From Planctomycetota bacterium (GTDB lineage: Bacteria; Planctomycetota; B15-G4): a stretch of DNA of 64,000 nt. Position 1 is the stretch's first letter, and every line of letters begins with the position of its first letter. This document shows positions 44,628-53,779 of the stretch, piece by piece. A program made the translations under genes and the position numbers. The stretch lies in the NCBI GenBank assembly GCA_965248575.1, contig CBDFJQ010000002.1, positions 5,088,001 through 5,152,000 of the forward strand, written 5' to 3'. The notes under the pieces were generated by a model. It was not told where the DNA came from. It saw only the letters and a list, made by a program, of their open reading frames with translations, and did not search any database.

Positions 44628-46391
44628 TCACGAGTCGTCGACGGGGCGATCCGGGGCGTGGCGGGGAGGGTCGCGCGGTGGGGCCAGCAGAGGTCGGATC
44701 TGGGCCAGCATTCCGTCCTGAAGTGTCCGCGAGACGTAGCCCCGCAAGCCAGCCCACTCCCGCAGAGGGTCTTCGCCCTGAGGCTCTGCTCCGCTGAGAA
44801 CCGCGGACGGTGGCTCAGCTGCCTCGTCCAGGTAGGCGTCGAGTTCTTCGGGGCCGACCAGGCCTTGTGCGTGCCGCTCCTCGGGCGGCACGAAGCGTGC
44901 GCTGCGCCAGGCGAAGGGCCCACTGGCGAAGGCGGGGTCAGCTCGCAGACCCGCCTCGAGAGCGGGGATGGGCGAGAGGGTGAGCACCAGCGGGCTCTCG
45001 CGCTCCGAAAGCCGAGCGGAGGCGGTCAGCGTCTCGATGTGCTCTCTCAGCTCGTGGCCCAGGGTGGCGGCGCGCTCGGGTGCCCAGCTGCTCGTGTCGG
45101 CAAGGTTCGAGAGGGTGCGGTAGTCCGGCAGGCTGTGCAGCACCGACGCGCCCAGGCAGCTCGCGAACAGGGCGCAAGCCACCCACGCTGGGCGGGGGCG
45201 CCCGGCTTGGAACAAGCCGAGCATGCCGAGCGAGGCCGCGAGCAAGAGGAAGGGCACGAGGGCGTAGAAATACTGATACCAACTCGGTGTCGGTGCGAGG
45301 GCTCCTACGAACAGGAAGGGCAGGCACAGCGCGACGAGTTGGAGTCGTCCGTGGCCGGGGCCGCTGCGGTTCCGCAGCCCGCTCCAGCCCACCATCAGCA
45401 GCAGCCCTAGCAGCAGGAGGTGACTGGGGAGGGCCACGACCTCCGTCATCAGGTACTGAAACTTGCCGGGGAAGTTCATGGCGCGCTCGAAGCCCTGATC
45501 CACGCGGTAGGCGGTGTTGAGCGCCGGGTACTGGAAGTTGCCGAAGAGCGCCCGTGCCGGGGCGAGCAGAGCCACGCCCAAGGCGGGGAGCAGTGCCGCC
45601 AGTCCTCCTGCACAAAAACGCAGCACTCGTTGAGCGGGCCGCTGGGTGAGCGCGCCCCCCTCGGCTCGCCATCGGTACAGCGCGATGAGCATCGGGGCCG
45701 CGAGGGGCGCCATGGAGAGACGGACCCCGACCGCCAGCCCCAGCGCCAGGCCGCACGCCCAGGGCGCCGGTTGCCGTTCGCTCCGAGCGGGGGGCATGGC
45801 GCACAGAAACGCCACCCACGCCAGGATCAGCGCGAGGTCATGGTTCCACGCCAACCCGCTGGTGTAGGTGAAGAGCGGATTGAACAGCAGCATCAGGGCG
45901 GCGCCGCTTGCCAAGAGGTGGGTGCCCCAGGGCTTGAGAGTCTCGCAGGCAGCTCGTCGAACGGCACCATGAAGGAGCAGCACGAGGCCCCACGCGCAGG
46001 CGGCGGACATAAGCCTGGCCGTGAGGAAGGGGCGAGAGAACAACTGATCCAAGCATCCGTACAGGAACACCAGGTACGGCATGTGGAAGTGGGGGAAATC
46101 ACGGTAGGGCATCAGCCCACCCCGTGACCAAGCGGTGGCACTCGCTATGAACTGGTGCTCATCGTGGTCCAGCCCGCGGTCCATGCTGCGGCTGAAGATG
46201 AACACCAGGCAGCCTGCGAGGACGCCGAACGAGAGCGCAGGGGCCAGGCGTTGCAGGCCCGGCGGTGGGTCCCGCTGGGGCGTCACGTGCTCGGTCTCAT
46301 GGGGCAGGTCTTGGCGGAGGATGCGCTGGCGCCACCCCCGCAGTGTCCATGCGGGTGGGAACATGGTGCCTCCCACGCGGGCCGCTCTCAA
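44628..46391 (-). CDS. GT-C fold membrane glycosyltransferase-like protein
   Basis: DHDEHQF and PYRDFPHFHMP after the first TM; many TM helices; start may be GTG 46286. Confidence 0.72.
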   Translation of the reverse strand: MRAARVGGTMFPPAWTLRGWRQRILRQDLPHETEHVTPQRDPPPGLQRLAPALSFGVLAGCLVFIFSRSMDRGLDHDEHQFIASATAWSRGGLMPYRDFPHFHMPYLVFLYGCLDQLFSRPFLTARLMSAACAWGLVLLLHGAVRRAACETLKPWGTHLLASGAALMLLFNPLFTYTSGLAWNHDLALILAWVAFLCAMPPARSERQPAPWACGLALGLAVGVRLSMAPLAAPMLIALYRWRAEGGALTQRPAQRVLRFCAGGLAALLPALGVALLAPARALFGNFQYPALNTAYRVDQGFERAMNFPGKFQYLMTEVVALPSHLLLLGLLLMVGWSGLRNRSGPGHGRLQLVALCLPFLFVGALAPTPSWYQYFYALVPFLLLAASLGMLGLFQAGRPRPAWVACALFASCLGASVLHSLPDYRTLSNLADTSSWAPERAATLGHELREHIETLTASARLSERESPLVLTLSPIPALEAGLRADPAFASGPFAWRSARFVPPEERHAQGLVGPEELDAYLDEAAEPPSAVLSGAEPQGEDPLREWAGLRGYVSRTLQDGMLAQIRPLLAPPRDPPRHAPDRPVDDS

Positions 46392-46445
46392 GCGATGAGA
46401 TGCGCGGGGTCGACGCCTCGGAAGCGAGCCCCTTCTGGGCTGCCC

Positions 46446-47861
46446 CTAGAACGTCTGGGTCAGCTGGAGGTAAACGAGATCGGCGTTCTTGCTGCCCCCG
46501 AGATCCTGGATGCGTTGGCCCGAATCGAAGTGCGAATAACCCAAGAGCAGCTGGGAGTGGGGGCTGAGGAAATCGGGCCGCACGCTGAGGGTGAGGTCAA
46601 TTTCGTCACCCACCTCGCGGCTGGCCTTGCCGGTCGGGTCGTAAAAGCTCCGGCGTGCGCCAGCGTTGTAGAGGCCGTCTTTGCGTTGCGCGAGCCGGAA
46701 CATGTGCCATGCCACCCGCAGGCGTGAGGTTTCGCCGACCTTGACGGATGCATGGGGGGAGACATCGATGATGTTCTGCCGTCCCACCAGGTCGAGGTAG
46801 CCCAAGTAGGCGTGCCCAAGCGGGTAGAGCTGATGGAAGGTCTCACGCTCTCCGTCGGTGGGGTTGCTGTCTCCGCTGGCGTAGTCGACTCCGATGCCGA
46901 TCTTTGGTGCGCCCTTGGTGTCGGGAAAGCTGTGGCCCAGCACAATGGACCAGGCATGGGCGTCGATGCCATCACCTGCTCGGCGCCCGGTCTGGAAGGC
47001 CGTCCAAAGCTCGTAGTCGGTGTGGCCGAGCGCTCCGTGCAGTCGCGCACCGAATGTGTTCACTTGCAGATCGTCGCTGGATCCGTTCTCGGCTGTGTAG
47101 GCCTTGCGATCGTCGCGCAGTTGCAGCAAGAACACGTCCAAGGTGTCACTCTCGCCTACGTCTTGGCTGTGGTAGATGCCCGCAAAGTGTTGCTTCGAGT
47201 TGCCGGTGTCCTCCGCGCGTGGGTCCACTGTCGTGGGGCGCGTCAGGAACACGTCGCTGCGGTGCCCCTCGCCACGGAGTCGCGCCAGACCACCCTGGAA
47301 ACGGCGCCTGGTGTTGCCCCAGTCGAGAGGCGATACGAGCCGTTGGGCACCGTACTGCAGCTCCATGCGGCCCACACGCCCCAACGCGCCCTCCTGCCCG
47401 TACTCGACGAAGGCGTTGTGAAGGTCGAGGTTGTTCCGGTCGATAGCGGCCGGCGCGCGCTCGTTGCCGTGCACGCGCGCGTCCAGGCCCTCGGCGAAGA
47501 GGCGCCAGCCGTTCTCGTTGCGCAGATCCGCATGAAGCCGTGTGCGGGTCAGCACGTAGTCGTTCCTGCGCGGACCCGGGCCATCAAAGGCCTTGTCTTT
47601 CTCGTTGGACGCACGGACGCGGAGCTGGCCCCCGAAAGAGAGCGCCCAACCGTCGGGGAGCGCCAGCCACTTGGCCGCAGGCAGGAGGTGGTCGGTGGTG
47701 CTGCTTGCACGGCCCAACGCACTCCAGTCCTCCTCGAACCGTAGGTTCGAGAATCGGACCGGAACATGGGTGGGTTGCGTCTCCTGGACGGCAAGCAGCT
47801 GCGCCCGGGCTTCGGTGCACAGGATGAGTGCCAGGGCGAGCAGGTGATGGCAGGCTTTCAT
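46446..47861 (-). CDS. Alginate export (AlgE-like) family outer-membrane beta-barrel
   Basis: Signal peptide; GRMELQYGAQRLVSPLDWGN, YASGD and F.QLYPLGHAYLG motifs; C-terminal Phe. Confidence 0.85.
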   Translation of the reverse strand: MKACHHLLALALILCTEARAQLLAVQETQPTHVPVRFSNLRFEEDWSALGRASSTTDHLLPAAKWLALPDGWALSFGGQLRVRASNEKDKAFDGPGPRRNDYVLTRTRLHADLRNENGWRLFAEGLDARVHGNERAPAAIDRNNLDLHNAFVEYGQEGALGRVGRMELQYGAQRLVSPLDWGNTRRRFQGGLARLRGEGHRSDVFLTRPTTVDPRAEDTGNSKQHFAGIYHSQDVGESDTLDVFLLQLRDDRKAYTAENGSSDDLQVNTFGARLHGALGHTDYELWTAFQTGRRAGDGIDAHAWSIVLGHSFPDTKGAPKIGIGVDYASGDSNPTDGERETFHQLYPLGHAYLGYLDLVGRQNIIDVSPHASVKVGETSRLRVAWHMFRLAQRKDGLYNAGARRSFYDPTGKASREVGDEIDLTLSVRPDFLSPHSQLLLGYSHFDSGQRIQDLGGSKNADLVYLQLTQTF

Positions 47862-48056
47862 GCGTGTTGGGCGCAGCGTCTTGCGAGCGGCTTCTGGTGG
47901 CATCGGATGGGGCGGGCGCGCTCGTCCTCTGTACCTCAGATTCGGCCACATTCGTGCTCTGCCTGTGCTGACTTTTTACTCAGCTTGCTAGAGGCCTTGG
48001 TGGGCTGCCTGATAGATTCACGAGCTTGCGAGTGAACCCACAAGACCCAACGAGCG

Positions 48057-49127
48057 ATGCGAACCATGTCTGACGTCCCGATGCGGAATCTCAAGTGGTT
48101 GAGCCTGTGCGTGCTTGCCCTGGGTGTGGTCTTTGCGTGTGCAGCTTCCAACGGACCCTTCGAGCTGAAGCTGCTGAACCTGCCTGCGGATCCGGGCGGC
48201 GAGGACGGCTATGCACCGCTGGACGGTTACGCCGCCATGGAGATTCCGGCGGACAACCCCCTCACGGCAGCGGGCGCCACCCTGGGTCAACAGCTCTACT
48301 ATGACGCACGTTTGAGCGGCGACGGCTCGCGCTCCTGCTACAGCTGCCACGTATGCGAGAAGGGGCTCACCGACGGGCTGCCCACCGCCATCGGCGCCTT
48401 CGAGAAGAAACTCTCCCGTGCGTCACCGACGCTCTGGAACATCGGCTTCCACTCGGAGTTCTACTGGGACGGCCGGGCCAAGTCCCTGGAAGCCCAGGCT
48501 GCAGCAGCGTGGAAGGGCGGCAACATGGGGGCGTCCGATCCCGAGGCCATCGTGGCGGCGCTGAACGAGATCGAGGCCTACCGCGCGCAGTTCGAAGCGG
48601 TCTACGAAGGGCCGGCGACGGTCGAGAACGTGCCCCAGGCCCTGGCGTCCTACATGCGCACCATCGTGGGGGGCAAGACGGCCTTCGATCGCTGGCAGGC
48701 CGGGGACGAGGCGGCGGTCAGCGCGGCCGCGAAGCGGGGCGCCGAGGTCTTCAAGAGTGCACGCTGCACGCTTTGCCACGTAGGTCAGTTGCTCACGGAC
48801 CAGCAGTTCCACAACGTGGGCATCGGCATGGCCGACGAGACGCCCGACGTGGGCCGCTTCAAGGTCACGGGGCTCGACAAGCACAGGGGCGCCTTCAAGA
48901 CGCCCACCTTGCGTGACATCTCCCAGTCGGCGCCCTACTTCCACAACGGGTCGGTGGCCACGCTCGAAGAGGCCGTGCGCTTGATGTTGAGCGGTGGGCA
49001 TGCCAACCCGTACCTGGACCCCTTCCTGCGCCCGGCCGAGGCGTCGGATCGGGATGTGGCGGACCTGCTCGCGTTCCTCGAGACTCTCGATGAGGAGTGC
49101 GACCCCACCCAACCGACGCTGCCTTAG
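48057..49127 (+). CDS. Di-heme cytochrome c peroxidase/MauG superfamily protein
   Basis: Two CxxCH motifs (CYSCH, CTLCH); WDGRA and FKTPTLR...APYFHNGS. Confidence 0.92.
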   Translation: MRTMSDVPMRNLKWLSLCVLALGVVFACAASNGPFELKLLNLPADPGGEDGYAPLDGYAAMEIPADNPLTAAGATLGQQLYYDARLSGDGSRSCYSCHVCEKGLTDGLPTAIGAFEKKLSRASPTLWNIGFHSEFYWDGRAKSLEAQAAAAWKGGNMGASDPEAIVAALNEIEAYRAQFEAVYEGPATVENVPQALASYMRTIVGGKTAFDRWQAGDEAAVSAAAKRGAEVFKSARCTLCHVGQLLTDQQFHNVGIGMADETPDVGRFKVTGLDKHRGAFKTPTLRDISQSAPYFHNGSVATLEEAVRLMLSGGHANPYLDPFLRPAEASDRDVADLLAFLETLDEECDPTQPTLP

Positions 49128-49144
49128 AGTTGCGCGGCAGGACC

Positions 49145-49179
49145 GGAACCCAGAACCCAGAACCCGAGGCCCGAGGCCC
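49145..49179 (+). repeat. Five tandem heptamers between convergent genes
   Basis: GGAACCC AGAACCC AGAACCC GAGGCCC GAGGCCC. Confidence 0.75.
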
Positions 49180-49206
49180 GTTCAGGCTTCGCACAGCGGC
49201 GCAGAA

Positions 49207-49929
49207 TCACTCGTTCAGCAGGGCCAGGATCGCGCTGCGCAGGGCCTCGTAGTCGGCGTCGCAGGCGCTGTGATCCGGGTCGTCTGAGGGATGGAACTCC
49301 GGACCAGGGTGGACGAAGCGCACCACGCCCGAGGCGTCCAACAGGAAGGACACGCTCGTGGCGCGTTGCGACCCTCCGTCGATCCACATGGCCTTGAGCG
49401 ACTTCCAGTGATCGTCTACGGCGAGCGGGCCGGCGTAGCCGAGTCGCTGCGCCGCACTCAACACGTGCTCGTCGCTCACAGCTCGCGGTGGTTTGGGGTG
49501 GTACACGCCCAAGGTGCTCAGTCCCCTCGCAGCGAACTCCTGGCGCAGGGATTCCAGCGCCGGTAGCGAGGCCGCGCAGAACGGGCAGGTGTCGGTCCAG
49601 AAGCGCACCAGCGTGGCCTTGATGGCGGGCCGGGGGAGCACGCCCTGATCGTCGTCGGCTTGCTCAGCGGCTGTCCCCGACGCTGGGAGCCTGCGGCTCG
49701 GCAGGCGATCGCCCAAGGCCTGACCGAGGACCTCCGGCAGAGGCGCGGGCTCGATACCAAGCTTGCGGACCTGTTTCTGAGGCGCGCTCGTCTCGGAGGT
49801 CATGGCCTGAGGCGGAGCGGGGGGGCCGGGGGCTGCGGCTCCGTCCTGGTCAGCTGCCGAGCCGCAAGCCAGGCTCCATGCTGCGGCCAACAGTCCGACG
49901 AGCAGGCGTTGAGACAGGCAAGAGGTCAT
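49207..49929 (-). CDS. TlpA/thioredoxin-like lipoprotein
   Basis: Lipobox SLAC; LVRFWTDTCPFC and SFLLDASGVVRFVH motifs. Confidence 0.85.
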   Translation of the reverse strand: MTSCLSQRLLVGLLAAAWSLACGSAADQDGAAAPGPPAPPQAMTSETSAPQKQVRKLGIEPAPLPEVLGQALGDRLPSRRLPASGTAAEQADDDQGVLPRPAIKATLVRFWTDTCPFCAASLPALESLRQEFAARGLSTLGVYHPKPPRAVSDEHVLSAAQRLGYAGPLAVDDHWKSLKAMWIDGGSQRATSVSFLLDASGVVRFVHPGPEFHPSDDPDHSACDADYEALRSAILALLNE

Positions 49930-50054
49930 GCAGGCTTCCGTCGAGGGCACGAGAGCGAGGAGTATGCGCCAGCCCCGCAAGCGGCGTACAGGGCCGGGCG
50001 AGGGTTGGACGATAGGCCCTTCCTGCCCGGCCTTCCCCTCTCTGGACCTTGTTG

Positions 50055-51668
50055 ATGTCGACAGCGCTGCGTTGGGTCCTGGGAGTGTGTTGCTCGCTCC
50101 TTTCCGTCTGGGCGGGTGCTCCGACCGACGATGACGTGCTGGGTCTCGACGTCTTCCCCGACGTCGCCGTGCATCCCATCACGCCCCTGGCCTACGGTGT
50201 CAACGAAGGCGGCATCGACGCCTGCCCGCTGCGTCGCCATGGTGGCAACCGCTTCACGGGCTTCAACTGGGAGACCAGCGCTTCCAACGCAGGCTCCGAT
50301 TGGCATCACCAGAGCGACCACTATCTGGCCTCGGAGCAACCCCTGCGCGGTCCAGGGCTGCTCCTGGCACAGCGCGTCGCAGCGGATCGGGCGCGAGGTG
50401 CCCGCTCCCTCGTCACCGTGCAGTTGGCCGGTTACGTGTCGGCCGACGCGGCGGGGCCCGTCACGGAGGCTGAGCGAGCACCGGGCATACGTTGGCAGCG
50501 CGTGGTCCTGGAGGCATCTGAACCCCGTCCCGGTGGCCCCGACCTCGCGGACGGTGTGGTCTACCTGGATGAGCAGGTCCGTGATCTAGTGGCGCGTTTC
50601 GGGCTGGCGGAGGACGGCGGGGTGTTGGCCTATGCCTTGGACAACGAGCCGGCCCTGTGGCCCATCACCCACCCGCGCCTGCATGCCGACGCGCCGACGT
50701 ACGCAGAACTCGTGGAGAAGGGTGTGGCGGCAGCCCGCCTGATCACGGCCACGGATCCTGGCGCGCAGGTCTTTGGTCCGGTGCTCTACGGGTGGGCCGC
50801 CTTCCACGATCTTCAGGGGGCCTCGGACGCCAAGCGGCACAGCCATCGGCACCCGACGTTCATTGACCATTATCTTGCGCGGATGCGCGAGGCTTCGGAC
50901 GAGGCCGGGCGGCGGCTGCTGCATCGGCTCGATTTGCATTGGTACCCCGAGGCCATGGGGGACGAGCGCATCGTCGGTGGCGACATCTCGCCCGGCACCA
51001 GCAGAGCCCGGGTGCAGGCGCCGCGCTCATTGTGGGATGCGAGTTACCGCGAGCGCAGCTGGATCTCAGATGTCCTGGGCGAACCCATCGCCCTGCTGCC
51101 ACGCCTCAAGCGCAGCATCGATGCGCACTACCCAGGCACGGGGATTGCCGTGACCGAGTACAACTTCGGCGCGGCGCAGCACATCTCGGGCGGCCTGGCT
51201 CAAGCAGATGCCTTGGGTCTCTTCGGCCGCTTCGGCGTGGCCGCCTGTTGGTGGGATCTGGGGGGCGGGACGGAGTACGTCCAAGCCGCCTTCAAGCTGT
51301 TCCTCGACTACGATGGCTTGGGAGGGCGCTTCGGCGACCTCTCTGTGCACTCCCTTTCGGAAGACGTCGAGGCTGTTTCGCTGCATGCCGCCAGCTTTGG
51401 CATGGCTGAGGGCGCTGCGGAGAAACAGGTGTTGACGGTGCTTGCCCTGCACAAGGACTTCGAACGCAGTCGACGGGTCCATGTCCGCTTGCATCTCGGC
51501 GGGCGTGCAGCGCGCGTGGTCTCGTCCTGGCGCTTTGATGGGCAGTCCGCTGAGTTGAGGTCCGTTGACCCAGCGGTCGAGTCCAGCTCGGAGGGCTTCA
51601 CGGCCATCCTGTCTCCGGCGTCGGCCACCCTGTTCGTGGTGGAGGTCGAGGCGCTGTCCAAGCCCTAG
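50055..51668 (+). CDS. Secreted glycoside hydrolase family 44 (endoglucanase/xyloglucanase)
   Basis: GGNRFTGFNWE.SASNAGSDW, LDNEP (acid/base), LHWYPEA and TEYN (nucleophile) motifs. Confidence 0.9.
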   Translation: MSTALRWVLGVCCSLLSVWAGAPTDDDVLGLDVFPDVAVHPITPLAYGVNEGGIDACPLRRHGGNRFTGFNWETSASNAGSDWHHQSDHYLASEQPLRGPGLLLAQRVAADRARGARSLVTVQLAGYVSADAAGPVTEAERAPGIRWQRVVLEASEPRPGGPDLADGVVYLDEQVRDLVARFGLAEDGGVLAYALDNEPALWPITHPRLHADAPTYAELVEKGVAAARLITATDPGAQVFGPVLYGWAAFHDLQGASDAKRHSHRHPTFIDHYLARMREASDEAGRRLLHRLDLHWYPEAMGDERIVGGDISPGTSRARVQAPRSLWDASYRERSWISDVLGEPIALLPRLKRSIDAHYPGTGIAVTEYNFGAAQHISGGLAQADALGLFGRFGVAACWWDLGGGTEYVQAAFKLFLDYDGLGGRFGDLSVHSLSEDVEAVSLHAASFGMAEGAAEKQVLTVLALHKDFERSRRVHVRLHLGGRAARVVSSWRFDGQSAELRSVDPAVESSSEGFTAILSPASATLFVVEVEALSKP

Positions 51669-51694
51669 CTGCTGCGCGCGCCCGCGCTGGGGCG

Positions 51695-53575
51695 TCACCC
51701 CTGGGCTGCGTCCGCCTCGTCATTGGGGTCTTCTTGGGAGCGGTCCCGCGGTTCGGGAGCCGACGAGTCCTGGGGAGGCGAGAAGGACACGATGGTGTCG
51801 CCCGGCTGGCCTTCGACGGGGAAGCGCGGTCCGTGCAAGGCCAGCTTGCCGTTCGCCCGGATGCACAGCACGACTTCTGCGCCCTCCGCCGCGTTCTCTC
51901 GCCAGTCGTCGAGGCCGTATTCGTCTGTCAGCTTGGTGGAGCGGAAGGTCCAACCGTCCCAGGCGCGCTTGTGTAGCTCATCGAAGTCCGCTTCATCTGA
52001 AATGAGGACTCGTCCGCGAGCCGTGGCGGCGACGCTGGATCGTTGATCGGGGCCGATCTCGTCCGCGGCGAGCTGATAGACCCGGTCCCGTCCCAGCTCC
52101 GGGCCGAAGTGAACGCAGACCAAGGCGTTGTAGGCGTCGTTGTTGGTGAGCGCCAGGACGCCGTCCACCTCGTTGAGGGGGAGCGAGATCTCGCCCGACT
52201 CGCTAAGGACCTCGCCGTAGTGACAAGGCACGCCGGCGAGGCGTGGGCGCCGCAGCCGTGTCCAGGAGCTGTCGACCAGGATCACGGGCACCTCGAGCTT
52301 GTTCAGAGCCTCGGCGAGTGCGCTGCCCCAACGTGTGGCGCCCACGATCAACAGCCCCTGCTGGTTGCCGGCCGAGAGGCCCAGCTTGCGCGCCAGCGAA
52401 GGCAGGCTGAAGCCGTGCAAGACCACCGTCAGCACGATCGTGGCGAACACCAGGGGCACCAGCAGCGCGCCGTCCGGGTAGCCGGCTTCAACAAGGCGCG
52501 GTCCAAAGACGCCGGCCACAGCGGCCGCCACCACACCGCGAGGTGCGATCCATGAGAGCAGCATCCGCTCATTGCGCTCCATGCCGGCGCCGATGGTCGA
52601 CAGCAGGATGGCGGCCGGGCGCACGACGAACAGCACGCAGGCCAGCAGTGCCACGGCGCGCCCATCCAGGGCAGCCAAGGTGTCGGTGTCCATGTCAGCG
52701 GACACCACGAGAAACACGCCCGACACCAACACCGTGCTGATGGAGTCCTTGAAGCGCGTCAGTTCGGCAATGCTGGCCAAGCCCGAGTTGCCGACGACGA
52801 AGCCCATGACGGTCACCGCGAGCAGGCCGGCCTCGTCGTGCACAGCATTGGCGAGGGCGAACACACCGAAGACAGCTGCCACGAGCGCGGGAGCTTTCTG
52901 GAACTCCGGTACGTGTCCGTGGCGGAAGGCCTTGCTCAGCGCCAAGCCGCCCAAGGCTCCCAGCCCGCCTCCGGCCAGGAGCGCGAGCCCCAGCCGCAAC
53001 GCGATGTCCCCGAAGGACGGCGTGACGTGACCTGCTGCAGCAGAGGCGCTGGCTTCGATGACCTCGAAGGACAGCACCACACACAGGGCGGCGAGAGGGT
53101 CGTTGACGATGCCTTCCCACTTGAACAAGGATGCCAGGCGCCGGTTGAGCCGGGCATGACGCAACAAGGGGATGATCACGGTGGGGCCCGTCACCACCAG
53201 GATGGCGCCGAAGATGGTGGACACGGCGAGGGACAACCCGCCCACCCAGCAGGCGGCGGCTGTTCCGATCCCCCAGCTCAGCAGCAGGCCCAGGGTGCAG
53301 AGGCGTCGTACGCTGCGTCCCGCTTCATCGAGGTCGTGCAACTTCAGACGCAGGCCACCTTCGAACAAGATGATGGCCACGGCGAAGCTGACGAACGGCT
53401 GCAGCAGGGGGCCGAAGTCTTCACTGGGGTTCAGCCAACCCAGGCCCGGGCCGATGGCGAGACCCATGCCGGTCAGCAGCACGATGGCGGGGATCCGGAG
53501 GCGCCAACCCACCCATTGAGCCAGCATGCCCAGCACAGCAACGAGGGTGATGGCTTGGACCGCTTGTCCGTGCAC
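51695..53575 (-). CDS. Cation:proton antiporter (CPA1/NhaP-like) with C-terminal domain
   Basis: AIILFEGG, VTGPTVI.P, WEGIVNDP and IAPRGVVAAA motifs; about 13 TM helices. Confidence 0.92.
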   Translation of the reverse strand: MHGQAVQAITLVAVLGMLAQWVGWRLRIPAIVLLTGMGLAIGPGLGWLNPSEDFGPLLQPFVSFAVAIILFEGGLRLKLHDLDEAGRSVRRLCTLGLLLSWGIGTAAACWVGGLSLAVSTIFGAILVVTGPTVIIPLLRHARLNRRLASLFKWEGIVNDPLAALCVVLSFEVIEASASAAAGHVTPSFGDIALRLGLALLAGGGLGALGGLALSKAFRHGHVPEFQKAPALVAAVFGVFALANAVHDEAGLLAVTVMGFVVGNSGLASIAELTRFKDSISTVLVSGVFLVVSADMDTDTLAALDGRAVALLACVLFVVRPAAILLSTIGAGMERNERMLLSWIAPRGVVAAAVAGVFGPRLVEAGYPDGALLVPLVFATIVLTVVLHGFSLPSLARKLGLSAGNQQGLLIVGATRWGSALAEALNKLEVPVILVDSSWTRLRRPRLAGVPCHYGEVLSESGEISLPLNEVDGVLALTNNDAYNALVCVHFGPELGRDRVYQLAADEIGPDQRSSVAATARGRVLISDEADFDELHKRAWDGWTFRSTKLTDEYGLDDWRENAAEGAEVVLCIRANGKLALHGPRFPVEGQPGDTIVSFSPPQDSSAPEPRDRSQEDPNDEADAAQG

Positions 53576-53779
53576 GCTGAGGCATCTCCTGGGGCTGCAT
53601 CGAGGGCTGCTTCGGGACAGCAGACCGTACCTTGCCGTCGGCGCAGGATCCTAGCAGGGTGCCCGTTGGGCGCTCGTTCCACCCGGAAGGCCCTGTGCGC
53701 GTGGAGCTCGTGTCCGCTCCGAGGTTCCATACGCAGATGCAGGGGCTAGGCTGTTCGTTGAACCTGCGGAGGTGGTGCC

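Noticed and set aside
44534..44923. 130-aa N-terminal extension of PepN in the ORF track
   Set aside because: It overlaps the upstream GT-C gene and is low-complexity; homology begins near ATG 44533.
46446..47861. Alginate biosynthesis locus
   Set aside because: Only the AlgE-like barrel is present; no alg synthesis genes.
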